NCBI GenBank assembly: GCA_963675665.1
Contig: OY776510.1
Location: forward strand, 3,168,001-3,232,000
DNA: 64,000 nt
Direction: 5' to 3'
Source: Spirochaetia bacterium
Lineage (GTDB): Bacteria; Spirochaetota; Spirochaetia; UBA9216
Positions 15,553 to 25,298 of the stretch are shown here, piece by piece. A program made the position numbers and the translations under genes. Under the pieces are notes generated by a model. The model saw nothing but the letters and a program-made list of their open reading frames with translations. It did no database searches and was not told the origin of the DNA. Position 1 is the stretch's first letter, and the number at the start of each line of letters is the position of its first letter.

Positions 15553-17484
15553 TCAACTTCTGTTCCGGGTATAATTAAGCAAACCGCCTTCGAGAATCAC
15601 CTCAAGCTGCCGGTCTGCCATATCATGAACAATTTCAAATTCCTGTCCGGTAGTTTTATTAACCGCCTTAAGGACCTTCGATATCTGAATGTTCTTTCTG
15701 AGATTGTCAATGAAAATTATATCATTTTCTGAAATACCGTCATAGGCGGCAGGATCTGCAAAGGTGAACGGAATAATACCAAAATTAATCAGATTGGCTT
15801 TATGAATACGGGCAAAGCTCTTCGTAATAACGGCTTTAACACCAAGATACATGGGAGCAAGGGCCGCGTGCTCACGGCTTGAGCCCTGGCCGTAGTTTTC
15901 ACCGCCGATTATTACGCCTTTTCCGGCTTTCCGGGCTTTCTGGTAGAAGTCCGGATCTACAGCTTCAAAAACATGTTTGGAAATCTCGGGAATATTTGAC
16001 CTGAGCGGAAGTATTTTTGATCCTGCAGGCATAATGTGATCGGTTGTAATATTATCTTCGGTTTTGATAAGAACCGCGGCTTCAAGATTTTCAGCCATCG
16101 GGTCTGCCTTCGGGCAGGGTTTTATATTCGGTCCGCGTACTATTTCAACTGCAGACGCAGATGCTTCATCAAGCGGTTTAATTATCATATTATCGTCAAT
16201 TTCAACCCAGGATGTATAATCCTTCTTTGTAACGCCACGGATGTCGCGCGGATCAGTCAGAACTCCGGTGAGCGCCGTGGCTGCGGCTGTTTCCGGTGAA
16301 ACAAGGTAAACTTCGGCATCAGCTGTTCCGCTGCGGCCTTTAAAGTTACGGTTGAAAGTCCTGACGGATACTCCGCCGCTGGACGGAGAAAAACCCATAC
16401 CGATGCAGGCTCCGCAGGCGCTTTCGAGAATTCTGGCTCCGGCGGAAACAAGTTTCTTAATTATTCCTGCTTCGATACCGCTGTTAATTACCTGCCTGGA
16501 ACCCGGTGAGATTCCGAGCGACAGATTTTCGGCAACGGTTTTACCGTCAAGTATATCCGCAGCTATTCCGAGGTCGTTAATCGATGAATTCGTGCACGAA
16601 CCGATTGCTACCTGCTGAACATTTTTTCCTGCAACTTCGCTGACCTTTTTTACGTTGTCGGGCATATGGGGCAGCGCAACCATCGGAACTACTTCATCAA
16701 GGTTGATTTCTATAATCCTGGAATATTCAGCATCGTCGTCGGCCGACATTTCCCGCCACAGTTCTTCACGCTTCTGTAACGACAGAAACATGCGTGTTAT
16801 ATCGTCGGACGGGAAGACGGAGGTTGTGGCGCCCAGTTCTGCACCCATATTGGTTATCGTAGAACGTTCAGGTACGTTCAGCGTTTTTACGCCCGGCCCG
16901 TAATATTCATAAACCCTTCCTACGCCGCCTTTTACCGTCTCAAGCTGAAGAACAGTAAGGATTATATCCTTGGCGCTGCACATCGTCTGCAGCGAACCGG
17001 TAAGTTTTACTCCGATTACTTCCGGTGATCTCAGATAAAAAGGCGCCCCCGCCATTGCCGCGGCAATATCAAGTCCGCCGGCGCCTATTGCAATCATCCC
17101 AATGCCGCCTCCGGTAGGTGTATGCGAATCCGAGCCGAGCAGCGTCTTTCCGGGAACGCCGAACCTTTCAAGGTGAATCTGGTGACAAATACCGTTGCCG
17201 GGCCTTGAAAAGTGCAGGCCGAACTTGGCAGCAGCCGATTGAAGAAAACGGTGATCGTCCATATTGCGGTAATCGGTCTGCAGTGTGTTATGATCGACAT
17301 ATGAAACCGAGAGTTCGGTTTTAATTCCTGGAATGTCCATGGATTCGAACTGAAGATATACCATGGTTCCGGTAGCATCCTGGGTAAGTGTCTGATCAAT
17401 TTTAATACCGATTTCATTTCCGGGTTTGATTTCTCCGGATAAAAGATGCTCATTAAGTATTTTTTCAGTTAGAGTTTTTCCCAC
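15553..17484 (-). CDS. Aconitate hydratase (about 643-aa type)
   Basis: GTG start at 17484 (MGKTLTEKIL) with SD GGGAGA. DQTLTQDATG, GSDSHT, IGSCTNS, CGACIG, NRNFKGR, NYGQGSSREHA. Confidence 0.93.
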   Translation of the reverse strand: MGKTLTEKILNEHLLSGEIKPGNEIGIKIDQTLTQDATGTMVYLQFESMDIPGIKTELSVSYVDHNTLQTDYRNMDDHRFLQSAAAKFGLHFSRPGNGICHQIHLERFGVPGKTLLGSDSHTPTGGGIGMIAIGAGGLDIAAAMAGAPFYLRSPEVIGVKLTGSLQTMCSAKDIILTVLQLETVKGGVGRVYEYYGPGVKTLNVPERSTITNMGAELGATTSVFPSDDITRMFLSLQKREELWREMSADDDAEYSRIIEINLDEVVPMVALPHMPDNVKKVSEVAGKNVQQVAIGSCTNSSINDLGIAADILDGKTVAENLSLGISPGSRQVINSGIEAGIIKKLVSAGARILESACGACIGMGFSPSSGGVSVRTFNRNFKGRSGTADAEVYLVSPETAAATALTGVLTDPRDIRGVTKKDYTSWVEIDDNMIIKPLDEASASAVEIVRGPNIKPCPKADPMAENLEAAVLIKTEDNITTDHIMPAGSKILPLRSNIPEISKHVFEAVDPDFYQKARKAGKGVIIGGENYGQGSSREHAALAPMYLGVKAVITKSFARIHKANLINFGIIPFTFADPAAYDGISENDIIFIDNLRKNIQISKVLKAVNKTTGQEFEIVHDMADRQLEVILEGGLLNYTRNRS

Positions 17485-17532
17485 TGTATGTCTCCCTGGA
17501 TTTTTTTCAATTACTATAATATAGATCAAGTA

Positions 17533-17561
17533 TTGACGAGTCAATTCGCTTCTGGTAGCAT
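17533..17561 (+). promoter_or_regulatory. Sigma70-type promoter, probably giving a leaderless mRNA
   Basis: TTGACG, 17-nt spacer, TAGCAT, then ATG 7 nt later with no SD. Confidence 0.6.
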
Positions 17562-17568
17562 TTTTTTC

Positions 17569-18240
17569 ATGAAAAAGAGTGTGACAAAATCCCTTTTTAT
17601 TCTTAATATACTTATAGTTACAGTTTTTATAACGGTTTCGTGCAATCGAAGCGGCGAAGAAGACCCGGTGAAAGCGGAAGCTGCCGGCGACAAGATCGTC
17701 AATTCGGAAAATAAAAAGAAGCCTGAGCAACAGGGAACCGGCGGAAACGAAGGTGTTGAACAGAAAGCCGTAATAAGTGAAACGGAAGGCCGTGATTTTT
17801 TATTATTCTATGATGATATGCCGGATATCGTAGTTCCCCGGGATTATAAAATAGGGCAGCTGCAGCAAAAAACCGGTATTGATCCGGTAATTTCAGATAT
17901 AATAAATACAGCTTCGGCTTTCCTGGAATCTATAAAAAACGGAGATCCGGATTACAAACTTGTAGCTGTCGAGAAAAGAGATTTTGTTGAACGAAATCTT
18001 GAAAGGCAGATGCAGATTATTCTTCCGGAGGATTTCAGAATAGGAATCATAATGACGGAAGCCGAGCCTGTTAATGCGGCGGTCAGGTTTATTAATAATG
18101 GCCGATATTCGGAAGGTATGCTTTATTTTGTAAATAAGGGCCAGTGGAAGATTTATGATTTTCAAATGGATTTTAAAAAAATGACGGTTCCTGAAGAGGG
18201 AAAAGAGGAAAATTTATGGGAAACAGTATCAGCAGAATAG
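17569..18240 (+). CDS. Hypothetical lipoprotein
   Basis: Start moved to ATG 17569: MKKSVTKSLFILNILIVTVFITVSC, a lipoprotein signal with lipobox Cys. Confidence 0.75.
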   Translation: MKKSVTKSLFILNILIVTVFITVSCNRSGEEDPVKAEAAGDKIVNSENKKKPEQQGTGGNEGVEQKAVISETEGRDFLLFYDDMPDIVVPRDYKIGQLQQKTGIDPVISDIINTASAFLESIKNGDPDYKLVAVEKRDFVERNLERQMQIILPEDFRIGIIMTEAEPVNAAVRFINNGRYSEGMLYFVNKGQWKIYDFQMDFKKMTVPEEGKEENLWETVSAE

Positions 18241-19430
18241 AGCGGGAGTTCATAATAAAAGCCCTTGACGACAATAAATTTGTGCTGAGTATGCATGGTT
18301 TAAAAAAGGAAGCTGATGTAGTAATCCTTAATTACGAGGAAGAGGATTTCGTTGATGTTTATTCAAAAAACCGCGACCTTGATGAATTTGAAATTGGCGA
18401 AAAAGTTCGATTGTTTTTTTCCTATTACGGCCATGTGATGACATTTAATTCAAAAATTCTTTCCTGCGACGAAGAAAAAGTACGGCTGGCCTACCCGGAA
18501 GGAATCCTGAAAAACCTGCAGCGTAAATTTGAGCGGGTAAATCCGCCCAAAGGTGTAGGGCTGCAGTTTACTGTTGATAATGTTAAAGTTGAATTAAGAT
18601 TTCCGGAATCCGGAAGATTTGTAAGGCTTGAAGAACATAGCAGTAACGGAAAATTCGATACAACCAGTATTAACAAACTGGTTTCGGATTTTAAGGAGAT
18701 TATATCAAGTCACTGCGACGAAAACAGGATTACAATGTTCAGGGATCGGGAACCGGAAAGCTTTGAAGAAAAACTGATATCAAGTACCGGTTCTGTTTTT
18801 TTTATGCAGTCTATTTATGAGGGGATGACCGTTCCCGAAACGAAATCAGATATTCCTGTTGTCAGCAAAGAAGAGCTGGAACCTGAAGAAATTGAGCAGC
18901 TGATATCAGACATGAAAAGGGCAGGCGAATATTCAGTTTTATATTGCCCGATTCTTTATCATGAATATACGGCAGGATACATATTCCTCTGTAATGAAAA
19001 AAATAAAAAAATTGAAGTAGATACGCTTGAATACGTATATGAATTTTCAAAAATACTTGCGTGGTCTCTTAATAAAAATAATTATTTTTCAGGTGGACAA
19101 ACCAAGGCCCAGCAGTTTAAATCGCAGATTATTGATATCAGCGCGTCGGGGCTTTTGTTTGCGGATACTTCAGAGAATTTAAGCGATGTTCTTAATATTT
19201 ACACCGACATTAATCTTGAACTGAAAATAAACAAGCGTAAAATGGTGGTTTATTCCAGAATAATGAGAAAGTATCATAATAAAGGCACTACATTTTACGG
19301 TGTTCAGTTTATGGATATTAACCCGGAAGACTTCAGATACCTCTTTGAATATGTATACGGCAGGGTTTTTACGGAAACAGACAGCAACATGTGGGAAGGC
19401 GGCTCAAGGCCTCCTACACTTGAGTTGTAG
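18216..19430 (+). CDS. PilZ-domain c-di-GMP receptor (spirochaete multi-domain type)
   Basis: RxxxR motif QRKFER, DxSxxG motif IIDISASGLL, C-terminal YGVQFMDI. Confidence 0.88.
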   Translation: MGNSISRIEREFIIKALDDNKFVLSMHGLKKEADVVILNYEEEDFVDVYSKNRDLDEFEIGEKVRLFFSYYGHVMTFNSKILSCDEEKVRLAYPEGILKNLQRKFERVNPPKGVGLQFTVDNVKVELRFPESGRFVRLEEHSSNGKFDTTSINKLVSDFKEIISSHCDENRITMFRDREPESFEEKLISSTGSVFFMQSIYEGMTVPETKSDIPVVSKEELEPEEIEQLISDMKRAGEYSVLYCPILYHEYTAGYIFLCNEKNKKIEVDTLEYVYEFSKILAWSLNKNNYFSGGQTKAQQFKSQIIDISASGLLFADTSENLSDVLNIYTDINLELKINKRKMVVYSRIMRKYHNKGTTFYGVQFMDINPEDFRYLFEYVYGRVFTETDSNMWEGGSRPPTLEL

Positions 19431-19432
19431 AA

Positions 19433-22201
19433 TTGCCGATAATTAACGGTATGAACGGCTTTTTCATTATCATAGAGATAAGCGGACTTCAACAATTCCT
19501 TAATGTTAAAGAACCTGCAGTCGAAGACTTGATTCAAAACTGCAACCGAAGTTTGAACAATACAATGAGGGCGGAGGCTGATGTATACGGCTCATTTATA
19601 ATCTTCGCAATAGATTCAGAGATGAGCAATGGCCGGGCCGTTTATGAATCCGCAGTTAACCTTCTTGAGATAGTCGGAAGCTACAGCGAAGATATTCATG
19701 AATATACACTGATGCTGATATACCGCAGTAATATCACAACGGGAAAAGTTGCTGCTGAAATGAGGCAGAATTACTTCATGTTGTGTACCGAATCAGCTTT
19801 GATGGTTGAGAATAAAATTGCTGAAGCAGCGGGACTTGATAATAATCAGGAAGATGATTCAGGGTTTTATATACAGAACTATAGTGAGCAGCCCACCGAA
19901 ACTGTGGATTATGACATTAAAAAACTTTTAAAGCAGTCCGAGATTCAGAAAATAACAAACATTATTGTTCCGGAAATAGACAGTGATTACAATCCTGATA
20001 AAATTATTCTTCAGGGCGATTCCGAGCTTGTGATAAGAACGAACCTGCGTGAAGCAGTAAAAGATTATATTATCTATATCGACTTTCTCGGGAATGAAAC
20101 GGAAGTTATTATGCCGTTTGCAAGAAGTGTCGACCCTGAAATGATTCCGATAATTGAGAAATACCTCGATGGAGTTGAGTTGAAAACCTGGAATGAAGGG
20201 CTGGAGCGCATTGTAAATATCAACTCTGATTTCCCTGAAGAATATTTTTTCGGTATTTACTGTCTTTATCTGAAAGGTGTACTGAAATACCTGCAAAATG
20301 AACTCAAGCCGCAATTGATTGTTATTTCCGGAATCAATCAAAAATCCGGTTTGTATATGGAATATGCGGCCCGCATTATGGAGTTTCTTTACGGCAGTTG
20401 CAGTCCTGTTGTTTTTATAATTGACAGTGAAGAAAGTGAAAACCGATACCCTTTTCTGAAAGATGATTTCTTCAGAAATGCAGTAAAAACTGATTGCTGC
20501 CGGAAGATAAATCCTTCAGAGAACCTTAAAAAGATAAACTATCAGCTGACCAGGCTGTTTTTTACCATCAGCCTTACGGAAGGTTTGTTTAACAGAGGCA
20601 TTCTCTTTGATTTCCTCACGGATTCCGGTTATAATTCTGCCGAAATTTCTTCCGGCATCAGGGAACTTCAGAGTTGCGGATGTATTATAGACGACAGATT
20701 TATACGTATAATTTCCGGCCTGGGGCTTGAAGAAGCGTTTAATCGTATAAATGAAAAAGAGGACATTTACAATTCACTTGCGACATATATAAGCCGGAAA
20801 ATAAACAAAAATGTTTTTTTTGATTATGGTCTGGCTGCACGTCGTCTTGCTGTGATGTGTTCGGAAAATAATGTAAGCACTGCGGTTTACCTGTGCCTTA
20901 ACAGAATGCTTGATTTGGGTAAAACTGACTTTGTTATAGAATTTCTGGATTATGAAGAGTTTGCAAAGGATTTTCAGCATGAACTTGCCTCTGCTCTAAA
21001 ACTGCGAGCATATATGCTGAAAAATGAAAAAGCCGGATGTCTGGATGTACTGAATTCCATGCCGGAAATGGTCGACTCTCCGGAGAATATGAATACGGCA
21101 ATGCTGATGCTTGAAACCTCACGATATTTTCATGCGGCAAATGATTATAAACGTTCTCTCGAGCTGATAAAAAAGGTTTTGATATATCTGCAGGATGCAG
21201 ACAGGCCCGAAGCGGAGGGTACTGCTTTTATTGAGCTGGGGTTTCTGATGCTGTGCAAGGGCAAACTTCTTGAGTCTTCAGAGTATCTCAATCTGGCAGT
21301 TGAACGGCTGACGAACAGCGGTGAGTCATTTAATTATATGAAAGCGCTTATTTATTCTGCGGTCAATCAGTACCTATGGGGCGGTCTGGATACAGCTGAA
21401 GATTTTGCCGAAAAGGCGCTTGGGATCGCCGACGCAAAAGGGTATGAGGAGTGGAGTTTCTATATCAGGTTTTTTATCTGCAGGCTTTATTTTGAACTGG
21501 GACGTTATTATGATGCCGAACGGCTCTTATCCGATTGCCTTTTGGGAACGGAGCTTTTCAGAAACGATAAACGCAGGAAAATATTTTCAGCATGGACAGC
21601 CAGGGCCTGTATCTACCAGGGTAAAATATATCGCGGAATAAATATGCTGTTGTCGCTTGACGAGGACCCTGAGGTTCTTTTCTTTCTTGCCGAAGCATAT
21701 TATTTCAACGGAAGTATGGAAAAAGCTGTAAGCAGCATAGAAAAGGCTTCCGCCGTTGATGATTATTTTGATTTGGGATTTCTGCCGCTGGAGCACATCA
21801 GCTGGAAGAACGGTTTTTCTTCTGTCGAAGGACGGGTCCTGAGGACCGAGAAAGGAACAGGCGTACTTTTACATAATATAAGAGCTCTGCATGCCTTTAT
21901 GCTTGGTCTGACCGGGAACCGTGAGTACGGCATGGAGATCCTTTTCAGTCTTACCCGTGACGAGAGAATATCAGAAAATGATCCTTTCAACAGGTTATAT
22001 TTCTATTTCTATTGTCAATTGATGGAGAGGAGACAGAATGTCGATATGGTTGATAAATTAACGCTTATCAGCAAGGCGCTGAAGTATCTTCAGCAGACTT
22101 CAAGCAGAATAATTAAACCTCAGGTAAGAAAACAGTTTATGACGCAAAATTACTGGAATTCGAAACTTGTAAGCGAGGCGAAGCGGGAAAAACTTCTCTG
22201 A
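19433..22201 (+). CDS. Large TPR-containing hypothetical protein (alternative start ATG 19451)
   Basis: 922-aa ORF. C-terminal half has TPR-like helical repeats (AFIELGFLMLCKGKLLESSEYL; LYFELGRYYDAERLL). Confidence 0.8.
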   Translation: MPIINGMNGFFIIIEISGLQQFLNVKEPAVEDLIQNCNRSLNNTMRAEADVYGSFIIFAIDSEMSNGRAVYESAVNLLEIVGSYSEDIHEYTLMLIYRSNITTGKVAAEMRQNYFMLCTESALMVENKIAEAAGLDNNQEDDSGFYIQNYSEQPTETVDYDIKKLLKQSEIQKITNIIVPEIDSDYNPDKIILQGDSELVIRTNLREAVKDYIIYIDFLGNETEVIMPFARSVDPEMIPIIEKYLDGVELKTWNEGLERIVNINSDFPEEYFFGIYCLYLKGVLKYLQNELKPQLIVISGINQKSGLYMEYAARIMEFLYGSCSPVVFIIDSEESENRYPFLKDDFFRNAVKTDCCRKINPSENLKKINYQLTRLFFTISLTEGLFNRGILFDFLTDSGYNSAEISSGIRELQSCGCIIDDRFIRIISGLGLEEAFNRINEKEDIYNSLATYISRKINKNVFFDYGLAARRLAVMCSENNVSTAVYLCLNRMLDLGKTDFVIEFLDYEEFAKDFQHELASALKLRAYMLKNEKAGCLDVLNSMPEMVDSPENMNTAMLMLETSRYFHAANDYKRSLELIKKVLIYLQDADRPEAEGTAFIELGFLMLCKGKLLESSEYLNLAVERLTNSGESFNYMKALIYSAVNQYLWGGLDTAEDFAEKALGIADAKGYEEWSFYIRFFICRLYFELGRYYDAERLLSDCLLGTELFRNDKRRKIFSAWTARACIYQGKIYRGINMLLSLDEDPEVLFFLAEAYYFNGSMEKAVSSIEKASAVDDYFDLGFLPLEHISWKNGFSSVEGRVLRTEKGTGVLLHNIRALHAFMLGLTGNREYGMEILFSLTRDERISENDPFNRLYFYFYCQLMERRQNVDMVDKLTLISKALKYLQQTSSRIIKPQVRKQFMTQNYWNSKLVSEAKREKLL

Positions 22202-22207
22202 TTCTTA

Positions 22208-22237
22208 TTGACATGAAAAGCAGTTTTCCGGTATATT
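22208..22237 (+). promoter_or_regulatory. Sigma70 promoter of tRNA-Met
   Basis: TTGACA, 18-nt spacer, TATATT. Confidence 0.65.
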
Positions 22238-22268
22238 TTGGAGGCTTCCTGATTTATATGAAGCTTGC

Positions 22269-22341
22269 GGTGGTGTAGCTCAGTTGGTAGAGCATTCGGC
22301 TCATATCCGAACGGTCAGGGGTTCAAGTCCCTTCGCCACTA
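22269..22341 (+). tRNA. tRNA-Met (CAT), probably elongator; CCA not encoded
   Basis: Cloverleaf: acceptor GGTGGTG/CGCCACT, D-arm AGCTCAGTTGGTAGAGC, anticodon stem TTCGG/CCGAA with loop CTCATAT, T-loop TTCAAGT. Confidence 0.93.
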
Positions 22342-22374
22342 TAAAATCTGAAAACCGAAGACTTTTAGAAAATT

Positions 22375-22405
22375 ACGTTCCGGCAGTTCCGGAACGTTTT
22401 TTTTT
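22375..22405 (+). terminator. Intrinsic terminator after tRNA-Met
   Basis: ACGTTCCGG-CAGTT-CCGGAACGT followed by a T-run. Confidence 0.85.
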
Positions 22406-22429
22406 GCTTTTTAATAAAACAGACGGGAC

Positions 22430-22457
22430 AAAAAAGGGGCGTTCCGAAGAACACCCC
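22430..22457 (-). terminator. Intrinsic terminator of the PEGA gene
   Basis: Minus strand GGGGTGTTC-TTCG-GAACGCCCC followed by T6. Confidence 0.85.
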
Positions 22458-22488
22458 AGTAAAAAATCATAAAAAATAATTTAAAGCT

Positions 22489-23511
22489 TTATTCCCTGAT
22501 AAGAGCAAAACCGAAATTGAGCTCAATTCGGTATGATTCACCTGCATTGACGTTAATCGTCTGCTGGCTTGCAAGGCCTCCGGAAGTAATACGGATTGTG
22601 TGCTGTCCCGGATCAAGCTGAAGACTGGTTCCGTTGACCTTTATGCCGTTATCATAAATGGTTATCTTGTTTGCAGGATTAGGCTGTGAATAATCCAGCA
22701 TATTATTCGGAATTATAATATCAAGACGACCTGTCCGGGGCTGAAGCTGAAAATTAACCGTTGTCGACTGGGTAAATACAACAGTTTGATCTTCGGCCGC
22801 ATAGCCCGGGGCGTTTACCTTTATCCGGTAGGTTCCCTGAGGAAGCACAGTCGTCATATTGGACGTTCCGGTTAATTGACCGTTTATATCGCCGCCTTTT
22901 ATAAATACCTTTGCGCCGGGGACATTGCAGGTAACAGTCAGGCTGTATGATTCGGCATCAAGACTTATATTCAGAGTCTGGTTTGAATCAAGGTTTACCT
23001 GTCTGCTGGCGGAAAGAAATCCCGGAGCAGTAACATTTATGCTGTAGCTGCCTTTACCGAGCCGGGCCGTAAAAGGCGCTGAGCCGATAAGCTGGCCGCT
23101 GATGCCTCCGCCGGTAATAACGACTTTGGCGTCCCGGACGTTGCATTGTACTGTGAGATTTGCCTTCTCCTGGCCCAGGTTGAAATTGACGGTTTGGTTT
23201 CCGTTAAGCTGTATTGTCTGCTGCTGCTGTTCATAACCCGGAGCGGTTACGGTTACGACGTAGGCGTCTTTGTTCAGCTGCACAGTAAAGGGTGCGTTGC
23301 CGGATGCTATTGAACTGTTTTTTTGATAGAGAGTGCTGATTGAAACGAAAGCGTTTCTAATATTACAGTTTACAGTTAAAGTTGGTTGAGAAGATGAAGA
23401 ACTGCTGTTGGTGCCTCCGCTTGCAGGACCGGTCCTCTGAGCGAGGACCGGATATAATATTGATGTCAACAATAACAGGATAAAAATTATCTTTTTTGTT
23501 TTTGATGTCAT
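22489..23511 (-). CDS. Exported PEGA-domain repeat protein
   Basis: Signal peptide. Three clear repeats of LTVxCNVxxAKV...G.APFT..L..GxYxIxVxAPGY plus a degenerate fourth. Confidence 0.85.
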   Translation of the reverse strand: MTSKTKKIIFILLLLTSILYPVLAQRTGPASGGTNSSSSSSQPTLTVNCNIRNAFVSISTLYQKNSSIASGNAPFTVQLNKDAYVVTVTAPGYEQQQQTIQLNGNQTVNFNLGQEKANLTVQCNVRDAKVVITGGGISGQLIGSAPFTARLGKGSYSINVTAPGFLSASRQVNLDSNQTLNISLDAESYSLTVTCNVPGAKVFIKGGDINGQLTGTSNMTTVLPQGTYRIKVNAPGYAAEDQTVVFTQSTTVNFQLQPRTGRLDIIIPNNMLDYSQPNPANKITIYDNGIKVNGTSLQLDPGQHTIRITSGGLASQQTINVNAGESYRIELNFGFALIRE

Positions 23512-23512
23512 T

Positions 23513-24496
23513 CTAATTCTCCCAGATTATACTCTTGATTGAGGAAACACTGTTCGGAGTATTCATAGTATATGTATGCGTATCCAGATCATACCGTATA
23601 TCAAGAATTTGAAGCGTTGTCTCGGCAGTATTCCATGGGGCATACCATGTTCCGTAGTGAATGCTTGTTTTGGTAACATTATTGTAATACATAAGATCTA
23701 CCTGGGCGTAGGCCGAAGGATTATCGCCTTCTTCCCCTGTCAAAGTGGCGCCGGCAGTCGATGTATTGGTAGAATCGATATAGACTTTTATAGTATCTTC
23801 ATCGGCAAACCATGCCGCTGAATAAAGGCTGATTGTTTCAACACGGGGAAGAGCATCATCATCGTTCTCAGTTATATCCATATCATGATAAACAGTAGAT
23901 TTGCTTCCGCGTGCAGAGTGATGAATATGCAGGCGTTCAGCTGGTGAGGTAGGAGCAAATGTATCGCCGGACAGCCATGAGCGGGTTGTTGCAGCGGAAT
24001 CGGAGCCGTATGTAAGGCTTAGATCAAGATCGATGCTGGTAGTTTCCCAGCTTGCTATAATTGTCCATTCGCCGGCTGTATCCGCAGGAAAAGCGTAAAG
24101 GTCTTTTGCTGAAGCTCCATTGTTTGTTACCTCAATATACTGGGGAATAAAAACCCAGTCGGGAGAGGTTGCAGTAAGTTTATATCTGTTTGATTCAGGC
24201 GAGTAGAAAGTAAATGATCCGTCAACAACTTCAGCCGTGGCGTAAGCATCAGTTTCATAACTGCCGCCAACAGGATCATAGGCATAGAGGCTGACTTCAA
24301 CGCCGTCAAGAGTATCTCCCGAGGCATCTTTCCAGTATTCCGTGCTGTCGGCAGCCTTGATGTTAACCGCTTTCCCGGTGTAATCGTTAAAAGTAACCGA
24401 GCATCCGCCGATGGTGCACTGGGCCCCGGTTAAAAAAACTATGAGTATTGCAAATGTTACGTACAGTGCAATAGATTTCTTTGTAAATCGTTTCAT
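23513..24496 (-). CDS. Putative lipoprotein with beta-sandwich domains
   Basis: Start moved to ATG 24496 (MKRFTKKSIAL...LTGAQC) with SD AGGAGG. A WxxxxxDLDL motif recalls YfaP-like domains. Confidence 0.75.
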   Translation of the reverse strand: MKRFTKKSIALYVTFAILIVFLTGAQCTIGGCSVTFNDYTGKAVNIKAADSTEYWKDASGDTLDGVEVSLYAYDPVGGSYETDAYATAEVVDGSFTFYSPESNRYKLTATSPDWVFIPQYIEVTNNGASAKDLYAFPADTAGEWTIIASWETTSIDLDLSLTYGSDSAATTRSWLSGDTFAPTSPAERLHIHHSARGSKSTVYHDMDITENDDDALPRVETISLYSAAWFADEDTIKVYIDSTNTSTAGATLTGEEGDNPSAYAQVDLMYYNNVTKTSIHYGTWYAPWNTAETTLQILDIRYDLDTHTYTMNTPNSVSSIKSIIWEN

Positions 24497-24609
24497 ATCT
24501 ACAGTTTCCTCCTGATATAAAATAATAATATGTAAATTATAACACTTTGTTGGTTCAATATCGTTACCGCATATTGAAAAAAATCCAAAAAAAGGAAAAA
24601 AATGAAGGA

Positions 24610-25167
24610 ATGAATAAGGAAATTGAATTAAAAGCACATGTTGACGAACCTGACTTGTTGAAAGACCGGCTATCAGGTATTTACGGCAGTCCTGTTTTGA
24701 TAAATAAAAATGATATTTACTATTTATACGATACGGATAAACAATCAGGGAAAGGCCAGCCTGTCAGATTACGTACGGAAAACGGAGTGAATACAGTAAC
24801 CGTAAAACGCAAATCCGTCTCAAACGGCATTGAGATTAATGATGAATTGGAATTTAATGTAGACAACGGAGAAAATTTTATAAAATTTCTACAATTGACC
24901 GGAGCCGGGAAATGGGTTGATAAAAGCAAGCACGGCTGGAAATTTACCGCCGATGTCGGAGCGGAGAAGGCTGTTATAGAGCTTTGCGAAGTCAGCCGGT
25001 TGGGATGGTTTATCGAAATTGAAATTGTTGTTGAGTCTCCGGACGACAAGCTGATTGCAACGGCTCAAGAGCAGATACTGGATATTTTGAAGATCGCAGG
25101 TATTTCCAGGGAAAAAATAGAACAGAGGTATTATTCCGATATGCTGCTTGAAAAAAACTGTCTTTGA
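24610..25167 (+). CDS. cyaB: CYTH-domain protein (class IV adenylate cyclase CyaB-like)
   Basis: EIELKA, DIYY, VRLR, TVK, ELE, LGWFIEIE. Start moved to ATG 24610. Confidence 0.85.
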   Translation: MNKEIELKAHVDEPDLLKDRLSGIYGSPVLINKNDIYYLYDTDKQSGKGQPVRLRTENGVNTVTVKRKSVSNGIEINDELEFNVDNGENFIKFLQLTGAGKWVDKSKHGWKFTADVGAEKAVIELCEVSRLGWFIEIEIVVESPDDKLIATAQEQILDILKIAGISREKIEQRYYSDMLLEKNCL

Positions 25168-25176
25168 TAAAGACAG

Positions 25177-25212
25177 AAAAAAAGACCCGCCCGATTCAAC
25201 GAACCGGACGGG
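25177..25212 (-). terminator. Intrinsic terminator
   Basis: Minus strand CCCGTCCGGTTC-GTT-GAATCGGGCGGG followed by TCTTTTTTT. Confidence 0.8.
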
Positions 25213-25298
25213 AAAAGGAGGTTGATTAAAAAAGGAGGTGTTTAGAAAACAGCAGGTAATGCAACCTGCTTCGCTGAAATGTATAAAACATTCAGCGT
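25177..25298 (-). ncRNA. Candidate small RNA with two anti-SD motifs
   Basis: Putative promoter TTGAAC-16-TATATT (25330-25303), two hairpins, ACCTCCTTTT twice, then an intrinsic terminator. Confidence 0.45.

Noticed and set aside
17485-17730. 82-aa N-terminal extension of aconitase in the ORF track
   Set aside because: It overlaps the divergent lipoprotein gene; GTG at 17484 has an SD and gives the typical family N-terminus.
22269-22341. Initiator tRNA-fMet or tRNA-Ile2 identity
   Set aside because: It lacks the three consecutive G-C pairs in the anticodon stem and the C1:A72 mismatch of fMet, and resembles elongator Met. Ile2 cannot be fully excluded without isotype models.
22269-24496. 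Genomic island integrated at tRNA-Met
   Set aside because: No integrase, and I saw no duplicated tRNA 3' end; the tRNA is followed by a normal terminator.
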